Below, one piece after another: positions 1 through 14,547 of a DNA stretch of 64,000 nucleotides. Positions within the stretch are counted from its first letter, which is position 1. Every line of letters begins with the position of its first letter. A model generated the notes under the pieces. That model saw nothing but the letters and a program-made list of their open reading frames with translations, searched no databases and was not told the DNA's origin. Origin of the DNA: Octopus vulgaris (Eukaryota); the NCBI GenBank assembly GCA_951406725.2, contig OX597823.1, positions 73,718,001-73,782,000 on the forward strand. The letters are read 5' to 3'. The translations under genes and the position numbers were made by a program.

Positions 1-2431
1 TTTGACTGTGGATCCAGTTTAGATGTTAGTTTGTTGGATGTTCATATCCAGCTTCATGAAAATAAATGCCTTTAAGTGGATTTTCATCAAAGTTCAGAGT
101 TAATAGTTATTGCAGCTGTTTGATGTGGTTGTGTGCACTTTTTATTTAAATCATAAGAATGCAATCACTCTACGTTATCTGTGCATTACTGAACATTTGC
201 AATTGCAAAGACTACAAGAAATTGAGGTAAACTTTAAACAGGAGCTGTGGCTTTCAAAACTACAAGTGGACTTTGTTTTATTTATTATCAGACAATGCTT
301 GTACTACAATAGGTACTTGTTTAGTTAATCAGATTGTGTAGTGAGTTGTTATCTGCAGAGTTGGCATACTAATATATTCACCAACTGCAACACAGATAAA
401 GAAAGTGCATTAGGTTAGAAGAAATTACAGATAAATTGTGTTGGACAAGTCATAAAAGTGCAAAAGTAATTTTATGCATGGAGAAAGTGTTTGCATCAGG
501 AGTATATCATGACAGTGTGGTGGAGAGAGCATGTGTGTGTGTGTGTGTGTGTGAAAGAGAGAGAGAAAGAAGAAGAAGAAGAGAGTAAAAGAAAGAACAA
601 AGTGATATGACTTGCTGAAACCTTTCAAACTCTGTCTTCTATATGACAATTGTTCCCAGCATTACTTAAATAGTTTTGACTTCTGAATTAGATGCCACCT
701 TTACTTAAACTATCCATTTCTCATTCATTTGTCACACAAAATGTCTCTCTCTCTCGTCTCTCTCTCTCTCTCGTCTCTCTCTCTGTTTCTCGATTATTTT
801 GTAAAACATTGATCTAATCATTCCTCTAAAATTAGTAATACCACACTTTCCATTCCATGGTTTTCTGTCAGACTTTGACAAGCCAATTTGGGAACCTATA
901 CATGGTTGTTCTGGCTTCTAGAAATAGCAGGCAAACCTCTCTTAAACTAGCCATTTCTCACACAAAATGTCTCTCTCTTCTTCTAGATTATTTTATAAAA
1001 CATTCATCTGATCTTTCCATTCCTAGTTATTTCACCAGATTTTGACAAGCCAATCTGGGAACATATACATGGTTGTCCTGTTTTCTAGAAATAGCCTGCA
1101 AATCTCCTTCAAAACATACCTTACCATCTTAAAACAAGAACTCGTTAGATAATATGGTCTTAGTTGTTGGTTTCTATGAACCTCAGGTGGATCCTGGTTA
1201 GAGATCTGCTCAGATTGGGCACTCCTTAGGTTAAACAACAACCATAGAAAGTTAGAAAAGTCAGGTCTTAGCAACATTATAGGGACCCCCGAGCAAATCA
1301 GTGCCCTGGGCCCTGCAGTATTTATTGACAACAAACCCAGAATATATAGATCAGAATTGGGCCTCTGAACCTATGAAGTCCCTCCCTGGACAACTGCCCA
1401 GTATGCCCATGTCTTAAGACATTCCTATGAAGAGTCTCAGAAAAGCAAAGCAATCAGATAACAACTGATGTATCATCAGTTTGGTCTGTTAAAAGTTTGC
1501 CATTGTGTCCTTAGTAAAAGTACATCACTCTCAGTGACATGGTTTGTCTATCTGTAAAAAAATTTGTACTTAAGTGATATAATATTTGTTTCAGCAAGGT
1601 AGCCATATCTCAGTTTAACGTGACAAGTAGGGCTCTATTCAAACTCACTATAGATCAAAATAATTAAAAATATTTATTTAGTATAAAGTGATATTAGATA
1701 TTATAAGCACCAGCTTGAGATTAGAAAGACCAAGGCATCCATCAATTGAAACTGAGCCATGAGTCTCTCAAATGAGCATGTACTTGTTACACTCAGACCC
1801 TGCTGCAAAAATCTACCTAGGTTAAGTCCTTGATTTCCTTTTTTTTTTTTTGTTTTTTTAGTGTACGATAATGATGGTGTTTAACTTTTGCTACTGTAAG
1901 TGCAGTTTGAGAGAGATTTTGCTGCCATTTCTAGCAAATCAAATCAAATAGAGGTTCCCATTTTGGCTTGTCAAAATCTTGTAGAAAATCTTGGTATGAA
2001 AAGAGTGACAGAACTAACTTTAGAAGGGAAGAATGAAACACAGTGAATCTAAAAAAGAAATAGAGACAAAGAGGATGGTGTCAGACAGTTTCAGGAATAA
2101 AACTTATTTTAGTAATGCTGAAAATGATTGCATTATCTCTTAAGGACATGAAAAAAAAGGGGACAGTTGAATCTCTTTTTTTTTTTTGTATGTCCCCTCC
2201 TCCATTATTTGTATCTTATTTGAAAGAGAGAGATTGGTAGACATTCTGTTGTGTTCGTGGAAACAAGGTTTCTTGACATATGATAAATACATGGTTACAA
2301 GCCTGTCCGTAGTCTTGTCTCTCTTTTCAAATCTTAGCTTTTATAATTTATTCAGTAATAAATTCATAAATCTTTAGATTGCATTTTTTTCTATATTTTT
2401 TATATATAAATTTTACCGTATTCTTTAATAG

Positions 2432-2495
2432 GTGTTTCCCACAATTTACTAGAGAGACTGACTCAGGAGACTGGCGCCGCATTCATTGATGTTGA
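2432..2495 (+). CDS. AADAC/NCEH1-like esterase, internal exon (64 nt)
   Basis: ttctttaatag acceptor and GTGAGT donor; reads (G)VSHNLLERLTQETGAAFIDV(D); phase joins the YRLAPE exon as in AADAC-family gene structure. The HGGG exon is not seen and presumably lies upstream of the window. Confidence 0.8.
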
Positions 2496-2875
2496 GTGAG
2501 TAATTTCTAAAACATAAAGCCTTATTTCATGTCTTTTTGATTAAGTAATTATTTAAATTTGCATTTTATTCTTTATTAAACTGCTTCTCTGTCTCTTTCT
2601 CTGCTATAACTACTCTTTCCAATGGAAATCATCTTTTTTCTTTAAAAAAACAGACAGTATAAGACATGAACAGTGTGGTTTTTATATTTATCTAATAAAG
2701 AATTGCAAATGATCTACTATGATATCCTCATCATTAAATATCTGTTTTCCATCCTGTCATGGGTTGTGAAAGAAAATAAAGCCAAAATTATTGTAGAAAT
2801 TAACTAAAAGTAAAGTAAATGTAAACCTTTCTGTTATAAATGTTGATTTCAGTTATCAATTTTAATGTAATCTAG

Positions 2876-2997
2876 TTACCGACTGGCACCAGAACATATT
2901 TTCCCAGTTCCTTTTGATGACTGTCTAACAGCAACTGTACATATCTTGCGGAATGGTGGGGTGTATGGTATTGATAGTTCACGTATAGCTGTTTCAG
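2876..2997 (+). CDS. AADAC/NCEH1-like esterase, internal exon (122 nt)
   Basis: tctag acceptor and GTGAGT donor; encodes YRLAPEHIFPVPFDDCLTATVHILRNGGVYGIDSSRIAVS(G), with the HSL-family YRLAPE motif; ends in phase 1 just before the nucleophile elbow. Confidence 0.92.
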
Positions 2998-5241
2998 GTG
3001 AGTAAACTTTTCTCAGTTGTTGAAAACAAAATCAAACTTTATCTTCATCTGGAAAACATCAACATTTATATTGAGCATTACAATATTTAATTTCATTACT
3101 GTATTCAAAGTTCTGATTTTTGTTGGAGTTTATGTGACCTAGTATTTCACCCAGAATTATTTCAGTTGTCTTCTCTGGTATGGAAATTGATCTAACACAA
3201 TTGAGTGCAAATGCACACGCTCATACATGTGCATGCACATCTGTGCACATGTACACATATGTACAAAGAAATTGTCATTATCATGATCAGTCAATGAATT
3301 AAGTACCAGTTACGCACTGCAGTTGATATAATCGACTGGTCTCCTTCCCCAAAAAATTTTCAAGGCTTTGTACCTAGAGTAGAAGTAATTATCATAATCA
3401 GTGTATAATACTGTGGTGGAAATGCTAGAGACCTGGATAGAATACCTTGCAGTATTTCATAATTTTGTGTCACATTTTATGTTGCAATCCTACAAAGACT
3501 GCCCACACCTTTTACTCGACCAGAGTTGATGAAATAAGTACCAGTCATATATTGAAGTTGATTCAATCAACTACATTTTTTTCTTACAAATGGAAGTCTT
3601 GTGCCTATGATAATAATTATCATTTTATGAATATTTTTTTCTTGAAAATAATGTCATGCTTTCTTGTATATATCTTATAATCTAACTAACGGCATGATAT
3701 TAAGTGCATAGTGGCCTTACATGATCAATATTACTGCATGAATTATAATACATACACTCAAGTGAAAATTAGCTTTTATTTGCAGGAGAATCACTTGGTC
3801 ATTAGAAATTATGTTGCTAAATGTGACCATCCTACATCTGTGCATTACTACCAACACTTATGTTAGTCACAAGAATTGAATGGACACAGCTACCGCACTG
3901 AATACACTTAAGCACTGACTTGGTCAAGCATCGTCTTTAATCTGATATATATTGTCCATTATTGCTTGTTTATTCATTCAAATAATTATCTCCCTACACG
4001 GCGAAAAACACCTGTGGCGCAATATTGGTGAAGTCGATAGGTAAAAAAGAAATAAGATCGGAAATAGCAACTTGGTAATCTTATATGCTGCATGTCTGTA
4101 CTTCACTGCCATTATCTAAGATGCTGCATGGGTTTTGATTGTGGGGAAAATACTTGAACTTAAAACTACAAGCAAGCAACCCATTCAATTTTTATGTGAG
4201 TTACTTGTTTCTAGCAATCATTTCTACTGGTTAGTGGAGGTATGGTGTTGGTTTATCCCAAATTTGATGGCATTAAAAGGTAGGTTGAGAAGCTTCATCT
4301 GTGAAAAGGAAACCAGCCTATAGAAAGTTCTTTTATTGACCACACCTGTAAATTCTGTGCTTACATTCTCTCATTATTTCTCTTTTACTCTTTTTACCCT
4401 TTTGCTTGTTTCAGTCATTTGACTGTGGCCATGCTGGCGATCCCAGGACTTATTCTTCGTAAGCCTAGTACTTATTCTATCGGTCTCTTTTGCCAAACCG
4501 CTAAGTTATGGGGATGTAAGCACACCAGCATCGGTTGTTAAGTGATGTTGGGGGACAAACACCAGACACACACACATATATATATATATATATACATATA
4601 TCCAATGGGCTTCTTTCAGACGTGAGACAAAAATTATTTTTTTGGAAACCATGCTTCACATATGACATCATGCAAACTTTTAGTTGGTGGGCCAGTATGC
4701 CAACACCCATGGCCTGCTGTGAGAGTTATTATCACAAATTTAGATATTCTTTTATCTTTTACTTGTTTCAGTCATTAGACTGTGGCCATTCTGGGGCACT
4801 GCCTTGAACAATTTTTTTTTAGTCAAATTAATCAATCCCAGTACTTATTTTTTATTAAGACTGATACTTATTCTATCGGTCTCTTTTGCCAAACTGCTAA
4901 GTTATAGGGACGTTAGCACACCGACATTCGTTGTCAAATGGTAATGGGTGACAAACACATGCATGCACACACACATATATGCAACAGGCTTCTTTCAGTT
5001 TCCGCCTACTGAATCCACTCACAAGTCCTTGGTTGGCCTGAGGCTAAAGTAGAAAATGCTTCCCCAAGGTACCATGCAGTGGGACTGAACTTGGAACCAT
5101 GAGGTTGGAAAGCAAGCTTCTTATCACACAGCCAGTATTTTTGAAGTAGAAAGTGGTGGTAAAAATGTCAAGCTGTGACTAATCAGTTATACTTCTCTCA
5201 GTTTCTCTATTAGTTAACAGTGGTTAGTAAAAGTTGTTTAA

Positions 5242-5451
5242 CCCTTTCGATACCAACCTGCCTGAAACTGCCTCTGGCTCTGTAGTGCAAATGTCTTATT
5301 TTCATATGTACTGAATGAAAATCTTAGTCACAATTTCTGTTCCTAACACTAGCTTAATGATAACTAAGTTATTTTACTAAATTCTCTGTTATATTTAAAA
5401 TTAATTGACAGAAACACAAAGCATCTCAAAATAAATATGATAACAAAAGGG
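5242..5451. mobile_element. piggyBac-type MITE
   Basis: TTAA|CCCTTT...AAAGGG|TTAA ends; related copies near 10108-10330, 12555-12724 and 26400-27150. Confidence 0.7.
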
Positions 5452-6782
5452 TTAATTCTTGTATAAAAGAGGCAGAGAAAAGATTTGATAGTGTCTAAAC
5501 AATGAAGATGAGAGGAGTAAATGGTTTAGATCAATGAAGCAGTGAAACAGAAAATAAAAGCCTTAGAAAGAAATTAAGTTTGTACACTGTAATGTCTGAT
5601 AGAAAATTTTAAAGAAAGCTTGGCTTTCATGAAGTGCTTGACAGTGCAAACTAACGAAATGGCTAGAATTAGTATTGAGCTCTGTGAAGTACTTGATGTA
5701 CAAGTGTCTTCCAAGGCTCCGAAGATTTCCACAGAATGTTGGTTTTTACCAACAACCTGATTCTCATTGCAGAAACTACTGAATGGCTTCTGTCAATCAA
5801 CAATGATCTAAAACTTGTCAAAGTTTTATATACTTTAAATCCAATATACAATCCATTCCAAATAGGAGCTGCAGCTCTTATCAGACAACCATTACATCTA
5901 TCAACAGAAAATATTTGTCAGATTTCCATTACATGAATACCAAAATACAAATGTTACTTTTTTTTCCCTTATCTTCTCATAAATTCCAATTTCAATATTG
6001 TCTTCCTTTCACATACAACTCATCATTTCAAGAGTGCTCTCCTGAAAAACTTATATTCTTAATGTTATCACAACTTTAGATCTAAAAGATATTTAAGTTG
6101 TGTCCAATTGTTTACAATATATATTGTCGGAATATATTTGCCTATGTAATTCACTCATTCATTTTACATTGATCTTTTTTCCCTGCTTGCATGTGTTAAA
6201 CTGACACATATTATAGAAACATTGTTTCTCAGCTTAATGCTATTTCTGTCATTAACCCTTGCCTGATTTTCAAGTAAGGGAGTTTTCATTCCATTTGTGT
6301 ATGAAAAGTATTGAGCTACCAGATGATTTGTTGATTGGGAAATGTCAACAGACATCATGATCCACAGCTCAGCAATTTTCATGTAAAGCACAGAATATTA
6401 TCATTCACGCAAACACTCATGTGTATATATATATATATATATATATATGTACATCATCATCATTTAACGTCCGCTTTCCATGCTAGCATGGGTTGGACGA
6501 TTTGACTGAGGACTGGCGAACCTGATGGCTGCACTAGGTTCCAATCTTTCTGGCAGAGTTTTTACAGCTGGATGCCCTACCTAATGCCAACCACTCTGAG
6601 AGTGTAGTGGGTGCTTTTACATACCACCAGCACGGGAAGCCAGTCAGGCAGTACTGGTAATGACCTCACTTGAATGTTTTTTCATGTGCCACCAGCACAA
6701 GTACCAGTAAGGCGATGCTGTTAACGATCACGCTCGAATGGTACCTTTATATATAAGTTAGTAAGTTTGGATTTGTACTCTC

Positions 6783-6841
<59 letters not shown>

Positions 6842-7446
6842 ATTTGCATACATACTTAAATATATACATACATATGACAAACTTTGTACAATTCCTCATA
6901 AGGCATTATTCAGCCTGGTGTTCTAAAGGAAGTACTTGTTTAAGGTGTCACACAGTAGGACTGAACCCAAAATTATGTGGTTGCTAAGCAAACATTTTAG
7001 CCATACAGCCTTGCTGTATCATATCTAGAATGTTTTACATAATTCAAGCAAAGGCTCTCTAAGTTGTATTTAGAATAAAATCGTAAATATGAATAATTGC
7101 TCACTTACTAGTAATATCCATGTAACATGCCACATTGCTACTTCTATGACTGCATTTAATTGTTCACTTCTAAATTTACTGAGTGCAATAAATTCATCTG
7201 TTGCACTTTTAGTTTCTTGTCACCTGCATAGATTCCTGCTACATAAATAGAATACCCTATACCACACTGAATATTGATTCAAGTTTTGTGTTCTAGTTAT
7301 GGCTGTCCACTGAAACTCTTGTTTCTGCTGTGTATAATAACTTCAATACCCAAATCAAATTCTAGTTTCATGTTAAGAAGAGGGTGATCGTAAAATCCCT
7401 CTGAGCATTTAACTGTCAATAGGACATAATGAAAAACAGTCTTTAA

Positions 7447-7873
7447 CCCATTAAGTCCCAAAGTACTTAAATTTCTGAATATTACATGTAAATTTTTACA
7501 GATGATTGAAAATAGGTTAAAATCATCATCATCATCTTCATCATCGTTTAACATCCATTTTCCATGCTAGCATGGGTTGGACAGTTCGACCGGGGTCTGG
7601 GAAGCCAGGAGGCTGCACCAAGCTCCAGTCTGATCTGGCAGTGTTTCTACAGCTGGATGCCCTTCCTAATGCCAACCACTCCGTGAGTGTAGTGGGTGCT
7701 TTTTACGTGCCACTGGCACAGGTGCCAGGGGAGGATAATTATTAAAACTCTTTTACTTCAAGTAGAAATGGAAATACTCAGTGTCCTATAAATAGGACTC
7801 TGAGACAATGTGATATAGTTTAGTTAATGTTCTTGGTTAGTGTCCTATTTATAGGACAGTGGGACTTAATGGC
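7447..7873. mobile_element. piggyBac-type MITE with nested RTE-tail element
   Basis: TTAA|CCCATTAAGTCCCA...TGGGACTTAATGGC|TTAA; the insert at ~7522-7735 belongs to the (CAT)n-tailed family. Confidence 0.6.
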
Positions 7874-8441
7874 TTAAATAGCTCTTATGATAAATAGTAG
7901 AGAATATGTTAACAGAGATGGCAGTATTCTTGTTAACAATTGTCCCTAGATGTACGGATATTTTTTTAAAAGCAAGATCTAAGAGTATTGCTTTAAAGAT
8001 AGATACACTTGAACTTACAATATGTTGAATAAAGTTACATTTTATTGGCCTTCATATAAATGTTATATTTCCTGTCTGGCATACAGTGAAACACTCATCA
8101 TATAACCAGCTCTATACCCAACTTTAGAAGAAACTGAACTCAGTCTATTATATCATAATTGTTATGAAAGTTATGTTGAAAGAGAATTTAAAACAATTCT
8201 TAATAAAGAGAGCGCATAGCACACTAAAAACACCTCATAATGAAATTTAATTGTTGCACAATGATGTTAAAAATGCAATTCTATATGATGGCAGTTTATT
8301 GAGCATCTTCAGGAAAATATGTCATGGATGCAGTCAGAAATATGCCGGTTCCCTTACACTGGCCAAACATATCATCTCTCTTCTTAGTTTGTCAGTATTA
8401 CAGCAAGAAGCATTTATTCATTAATGGAAACATATTACTTA

Positions 8442-9181
8442 CGAGGGTGTACCCAAAATAAACAAGAATTTTTCGGGGGTTTTTTTTTCACTTAAATTTA
8501 CATGTTTACACTTTTATTGCCTTCAAAGTATTCTCCATTTGAAGCAATGCATCAGTCCAGATCATTTTTCACTGTTTGAAGCAGTCTTGGATCTCTTGCA
8601 AAATGATGCCTTTTAACACCTCTGTTGTTTTTTTTTTTCTTCACCTCTTCCACATCTGCAAAACGTTTTCCTCTAAGGACTCTTTTCGTTCGGGGAAACA
8701 AAAAAATGTCACAAGGAGCATGATCGGATGAATGGAGGGGGGGGGGGGTAAGTGGAGCTGTGCCATTTTTGGTCAGAAACTGTCTCACACTCAAGGCGGT
8801 ATGTACAGGCACATAGTCATGATGAAACCACCACTCTCCACTTTGCCACAGGTCAGGGTGTTTTCATCTCACCACATCTTGCAAACGCTTCAGAACTGCC
8901 AAGTAAAATATCTGGTTAACAGTTTGACCAAGAGGAACAAATTCTGTGGACAGTTCCTTTCACATTGATGAAACAAACCAGCATTGTTTTGACATTGGAC
9001 TTCACTTGACACGCTTTTTGGAGGCATGGTGACATTGAATGCTTCCTTTGACATCATTCAATGACACCGGTCAGCAGACTTATGCCTGAGGGTCACATCA
9101 AGTGGCTTCTAGTGGCAGAAGCCTGAACTACAATGGGCTTCTACAGAAAACGTTTCCGGTTATTTTGTGGTACCCCCCTCG
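8442..9181 (-). mobile_element. Internally deleted mariner element
   Basis: TA-flanked TIRs (CGAGGGTGTACCCAAAATAA / TTATTTTGTGGTACCCCCCTCG); minus-strand ORF with HSSDHAPCDIFLFP, a YSPDLAPxD-derived motif. Confidence 0.85.
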
Positions 9182-10595
9182 TATTGATAAATAGTCATGA
9201 ATCATACACAGATTAATTTTTTACTTTATTGAACCTCTAATGATCTCAGTCTGATAATCAGTTCAAAGATAACCAATATTGATAACAAATCCCAGCATTA
9301 AAGTAACAATCAAGCTTCCTTCCAAAGATAACATAGGTATCAGATAACATAAGTATTGATCATTTTCAATAATGTATTCTGCATATGAGATCATTCCACT
9401 GAAAAGAAATCTCATCTCAGCCAGGCAAAGCTTGTTTACCTAAAATAGCAATACTAGTTGGGGTAAGTCTAAGTTACATACAAATACTTAGAATAAATTA
9501 ATAGGAATTAATCCAGCTGCAAAGACATTAAGTTTCAAAAGTCAAATGAAAAAGGCAAGAAAGAGCAGTTAATGTAAGAACAGGCATTGCTCAGACAGCA
9601 GCAAGTGTCTCCAGATGTATCCTTCATATGAAGAATGGTCGCAATCAGATTAGTTTAATTTCATCATCATTGGTGTTAGGAACAGCATCCAGCCATAGAA
9701 ACCATGCCAAAACAAACTATGGAACCTAGTGTGGCCCCCTGGATTTGCCAATTCCTATCAAGTCGTCCAACCCATGCCAGCATAGAAAACGGATATTAAA
9801 TATTGATGAGGAGGGTGAGGATCATCATCATCATTTTATTGTCCACTTTTCTGTGTTCACGTGGGTTGGATGGAATTTGCTGAAGATGCCCTTCCCGTCA
9901 CTAATCCTCACCTCTTTCCAAGCAAGGTAATATTTCCCCAAGACCAAACATGTTTTCACACAAAATTGGAAATAATGGACTGCTTATATGACATTCATGC
10001 AACATCAAGGCAAGAGCACACACATACACACACAACAGGCTTCTTTCAGTTTCTAAAGAATCCCACAAAGCTTAGACCATCCCAGGGCTATAGTAAAAGA
10101 CACTTGCCCAAGGTCCACCCTTTAGCATTTAAACCGGCCAAAATATTCTCCCCTGTTTTATGTTCAAATTGGCCAGATCTGGCCTCTCACACCAGCCCTA
10201 CTATATAATTCTAAAAATGAATAGTTACTTCATCAAAATCTCAAAGCTACAAGATAATGGCAGGATTAATTTAAAACAATGTGAATAAATAAGCATTACT
10301 TTTGATAGAATAACGTGAATACTAAAGGGTTAAACTAGAAACCATGTAGTTGGGGAGCAAACTTGTCAGTCACACTACCATTTCTACACCTTATATATAG
10401 TCATAGAAGTATAACTCTAGAGAATTCACCAAGTCTATTATTATTCTGGAGAGCCTAACCCTGTTTGTGTCCTTGTTCTCACTGTAGCTCAGTGCTGTTA
10501 ATTGGGTCAAACTCATTTATGATTATCGTTAAACCAGGTAACAATATTTTTTTCAACCTGTTTCCTTTTTATGTTTTATTTTTATGCCATTTCAG

Positions 10596-11239
10596 GTGAA
10601 AGTGCTGGAGGGAATTTAGCCACTGCTGTTGCACTTCGACTCGCATCCGAAACTACACTTCCTCGTATTAAGAGTCAAATTCTTCTGAGTCCTTTGCTTC
10701 AAGCTTTTGATTTGTCCCTTCCTTCTTATACTTTGCAAAATTTGAGTATTAACTTTATGGATAGAAAATGGATAGCTTCTTACTGGTTGCTTTATGGCGA
10801 AGGGAATACTGAAAACCTTGACAGTTTATTAAATAGTAACCACATAAGCCCGTCATTAAAATCTTCTGATTATGCAAAGTCCGTTTCAATAGACTTACTT
10901 CCAGAAGAATTTCGTAATCAGCCTCGTGTTAGTATCAACACAACAAAATATGATGAGAAATTTGCTATTCCATTTGAAAGACTTTTGCTTAACCCCTATT
11001 TTTGCCCCTTGTTTGGAAGAAATCTTAAAAATTCTCCCCCTGTATATATGATATCATGTGCATTTGATACTGTACGTGATGAAAATTTCCTATATGTACG
11101 CAAGCTAAAAGATGCTGGCGTGGAAGTCCAACATGATCATTATGAAGGTACTGTTCATGGTCTACCAACAATTGAATATTTTGATATAAGTGACACAGTC
11201 ATAAAGAAGCTTTCAGAGTATATTCAAAACAGTATATAG
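10596..11239 (+). CDS. AADAC/NCEH1-like esterase terminal exon A (catalytic triad intact)
   Basis: Pyrimidine tract plus ttcag acceptor; (G)ESAGGNLA with Ser codon AGT at 10601-10603, acid motif FDTVRDE, His motif HGL; stop TAG ends at 11239. Confidence 0.92.
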
Positions 11240-12172
11240 TGCTTACCTTGTTCCCGTTTTGAAATTTACCAAAATATTCCCTCCCACCTCTGCCACTAAT
11301 TTCTACCAATTTCATTTGGTTTATTTATTTGGTTTTGCATATTTTATTTTTGATTTAATATATAATGAAGATAACTTTATTATTTTTTTTTTTTTTGTCT
11401 TTACCATTTTATGATCCTTAATCACTAGTGTGGTGGTGTATAACAACCTAACAACATTTGTTCATAATCCTTAGTCAAATCAAGAACAGTTATGGCATCA
11501 AGAAATATTATTTTCAACTTCATAGCATTACCTCTTTTCTATATTTCATCACTACTGTTTCTCTTCTTCTAATCTTCCTAATCCGTTTTACTCACATCTC
11601 TAGAACTCTATTGCTATGCCCATGTTTACACCCAAGCCCCAATCCACAGCAACCCAGGTTCTTAGAATGAGAGAACACCTATTATTTACCAACATCTTGT
11701 TATTGTTCATGTGTTCTTAGGACTTAAGTTCTCAAGCAAGAATCAGTTTTGCAGCAGAAGCCTTCTTTTGTTTCTCTTATATCACTAATCTCTTTGTAAA
11801 AGGTGAATCATTACAATATTTTCATTTTCTTTTCTTTTTTTTTTTTTTCTTACTGAAAATTCCAAGCTTCTTAGTTCATTATATCACAGCACCAAATACA
11901 AATAACGCTGCACATATCAAAGAAATAGCAACACACAACTAAATCTTTCTTCCTTGCAAATAACAAACATAAAACAATCAAATTCGTTTGTAAATGTTGG
12001 ACTTTACATTCTATAGCAACCTTTTGTGAAGACTAGAAATATTTCACAAAGACTGGTTTTTGTTTTTTCAGAGTTAGAAAATACTTAAGTTACTAACAAC
12101 TGCCAGTTGCATACAGAGAACAAATACATCATCTGCTAAAATACCTTTTACAGTACAATAAACATAGGCAAA

Positions 12173-12550
12173 TCTCTGTATATAAAGCTGAAGTTGTCTG
12201 TGTATGGCAGGTTTGGTAGCCTTCAACTAACACTATCTCCTCAGAGACCCTGTGGCGCAAGTTGACCAAAATTGAGAAGGCTTGCTCTTCCTTCCCTAGA
12301 AGAAAAAATTCAAATCTGACCATGTTAACACCAAAAATTATTTACATCAAAAAGGTGCTTTTGTTTCTATGAAAATCCCTATTTTTTACGATTTTTTGAC
12401 TGCTGTGTTGCCATTTTTTGGTGTATTTCAACCAGAAAAATGTTCGCTTAAAGAGAATAACAAACTACATAATGCAAAATTTTTACTTTTCAAAAATTCC
12501 AATTCTAAAGGTTCGAAACCAACCCGAGCAACGCCGGGCGATACTGCTAG
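12173..12550 (+). mobile_element. Non-autonomous Helitron
   Basis: A|TC 5' end, subterminal GC hairpin CCCGAGCAACGCCGGG, CTAG|T 3' end, no TSD. Confidence 0.7.
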
Positions 12551-13168
12551 TTCCATTTTAAAGTGATCTAAATTAAAACTTGCCATCAAAATTTCACATT
12601 AGTTTATGTTCTAAACACCAGCTTAATAACGACAAAGTTGTTTCAATAAGTTTTTCATTATTCTATAACTTAACTGAAACAAAAGCACTGTATTTAAGTA
12701 TAGATGTGGTAACAAAATGGTTAAGTTGCATGAGGTTTTGGTAAATACTAACTAATTTTTGTGCTCTAATTCAGGCATCCATCTCGCTTTTTTCATCATC
12801 CTTGATGACTTCAATATTCACAACTCCTCTTGACTGTTTCAATCCACACACTCTGGCACAGAGACTGAAGTTTGCACCATCATGAAGTTTCATTAACCTA
12901 CTTCTGTCTTATACACTGCTTCTCCGAACACTTAAATTTTTTTTCTTTTTAACCCAAACTTTTGTTGGATTTAATCTGATACAGTTTCAAAACACTGAGT
13001 TGCTGTTCAGTCCTGATCAAGCAGACCTATGGCCAAAGTGTGCCACTATGACCATCCCATTTTATTGCTGTGGTTAGAGAAGAATTTTGCTGCTACTTCT
13101 AACATGTCGAGGCTCTCTTGTAACTCACGAAATCATTGGATTATTTTTGATACCAGTATTATATATAT

Positions 13169-13268
13169 AACAGCCAGGTAACATTTCCACTGACATGATT
13201 AAAATATACATATATATATATATATGTGTATATTTTAATCATGTCAGTGGAAATGTTACCTGGCTGTT
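13169..13268. repeat. Perfect 42-bp inverted repeat around a (TA)n centre
   Basis: Arms 13169-13210 and 13227-13268 are exact reverse complements. Confidence 0.9.
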
Positions 13269-13351
13269 TATTACAAAAGGCAGCATAAAGTATGTTTATT
13301 ACTGTTATTGAAGTCTTGATTGAACAATATATATTTAAACTGCATTTATAT

Positions 13352-14032
13352 CATCATCATCATCATCATCATCGTTTAATGTCCACTTTCCATGCTAGCA
13401 TGGGTTGGATGATTTGACTGAGGACTGGCGAACCAGATGGCTGCACCAGGCTCCAATCTGATCTGGCAGAGTTTCTACAGCTGGATGCTCTTCATAATGC
13501 CAATCACTCTGAGAGTGTAGTGGGTGCTTTTACCTGCCACCGGCACAAGAGCCAGTCAGGTGGTTCTGGCAACGGTCATACTCAAATGGTGTTTTTTACG
13601 TGCCACCTGCACAGGAGCCAGTCCAGGGGCACTGGCAACGACCTCACTTGAATGTTTTTTCACATGCCACCGGCACGGAAGCCAGTCTGCTGCTCTGGCA
13701 ATGATCACACTCAGATGGTGCTCTTTTTGCTCCACTGGCACAGGTGCCAGTCATCAAATTTGATTCAATTTAGATTTCACTTGCCTCAACAGGTCTTCAC
13801 AAGCAGAGTTTAGTGTCCAATGAAGGAAAGATACGCATATGTGTGCTGGTTACACCACTGGCATAGGCCATGGGTTATGGTCCCACTTGGCTTGCCAGGT
13901 CTTCTCACGCACTGCATATTTCCAAAGGTCTCGGTCACTAGTCATTGCCTCAGTGAGGCCTAATGTTTAAAGGTTGTGCTTCACCACCTCATCCCAGGTC
14001 TTCCTGGGTCTACCTCTTCCACAGGTTCCCTC
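13352..14032 (-). mobile_element. RTE-clade LINE 3' end with (GAT)n tail
   Basis: Minus strand encodes EGTCGRGRPRKTWDEVVKHNL (RTE C-terminus); shorter copies of the same tail at ~6452-6745, 7522-7735, 9670-9960, 19750-20022 and 22783-23050. Confidence 0.75.
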
Positions 14033-14547
14033 TATATATGTGTGTGTGTGTGTATGTATGTATGTATCTGAATTGCCTTCAATCATTAAAGAAGTGCAGA
14101 AAGTTCACTGGCTGTGAAGGTGTTATTCCTCACCTATGGAATATGGATTCAGGAATTTTCAATGAAATCCCACAATGTCCTCATAATAAATTGACTTAGG
14201 TTTTTTTTAAATTATGAATTATAAATAATTTATTTGTTATGTTCCTACTAAAGCATGTGATTTTAAAAAAAACTTTTGATTTTATTGCTTGTATTTCATT
14301 AACCTTTGTATTAAATTCCATTTTGCCATCTTCTTTCTAATTAATAACAAAAAATAAATTGTAAATAAAACATCTAAAAATGAAATGATTTTGTGTATTA
14401 ATTATGATAAGAAAAATAATTGATTCTGCATTAAATCTGTTATGAAATATATTTTTTCTTCTTGTTTAATTTCATTTAGTTGTATTTAGCAGAAGTGTTT
14501 TTTTTTTTATTTACAAAATTACTTGTCCTAAAATGCATATTAATGTA

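Noticed and set aside
733-1110. Short local tandem duplication
   Set aside because: Decayed copies of a common repeat with no further structure.
10571-10595. ORF-track starts at 10571 and 30525
   Set aside because: Both lie in intronic pyrimidine tracts upstream of clear acceptors; the real exons start at 10596 and 30592.
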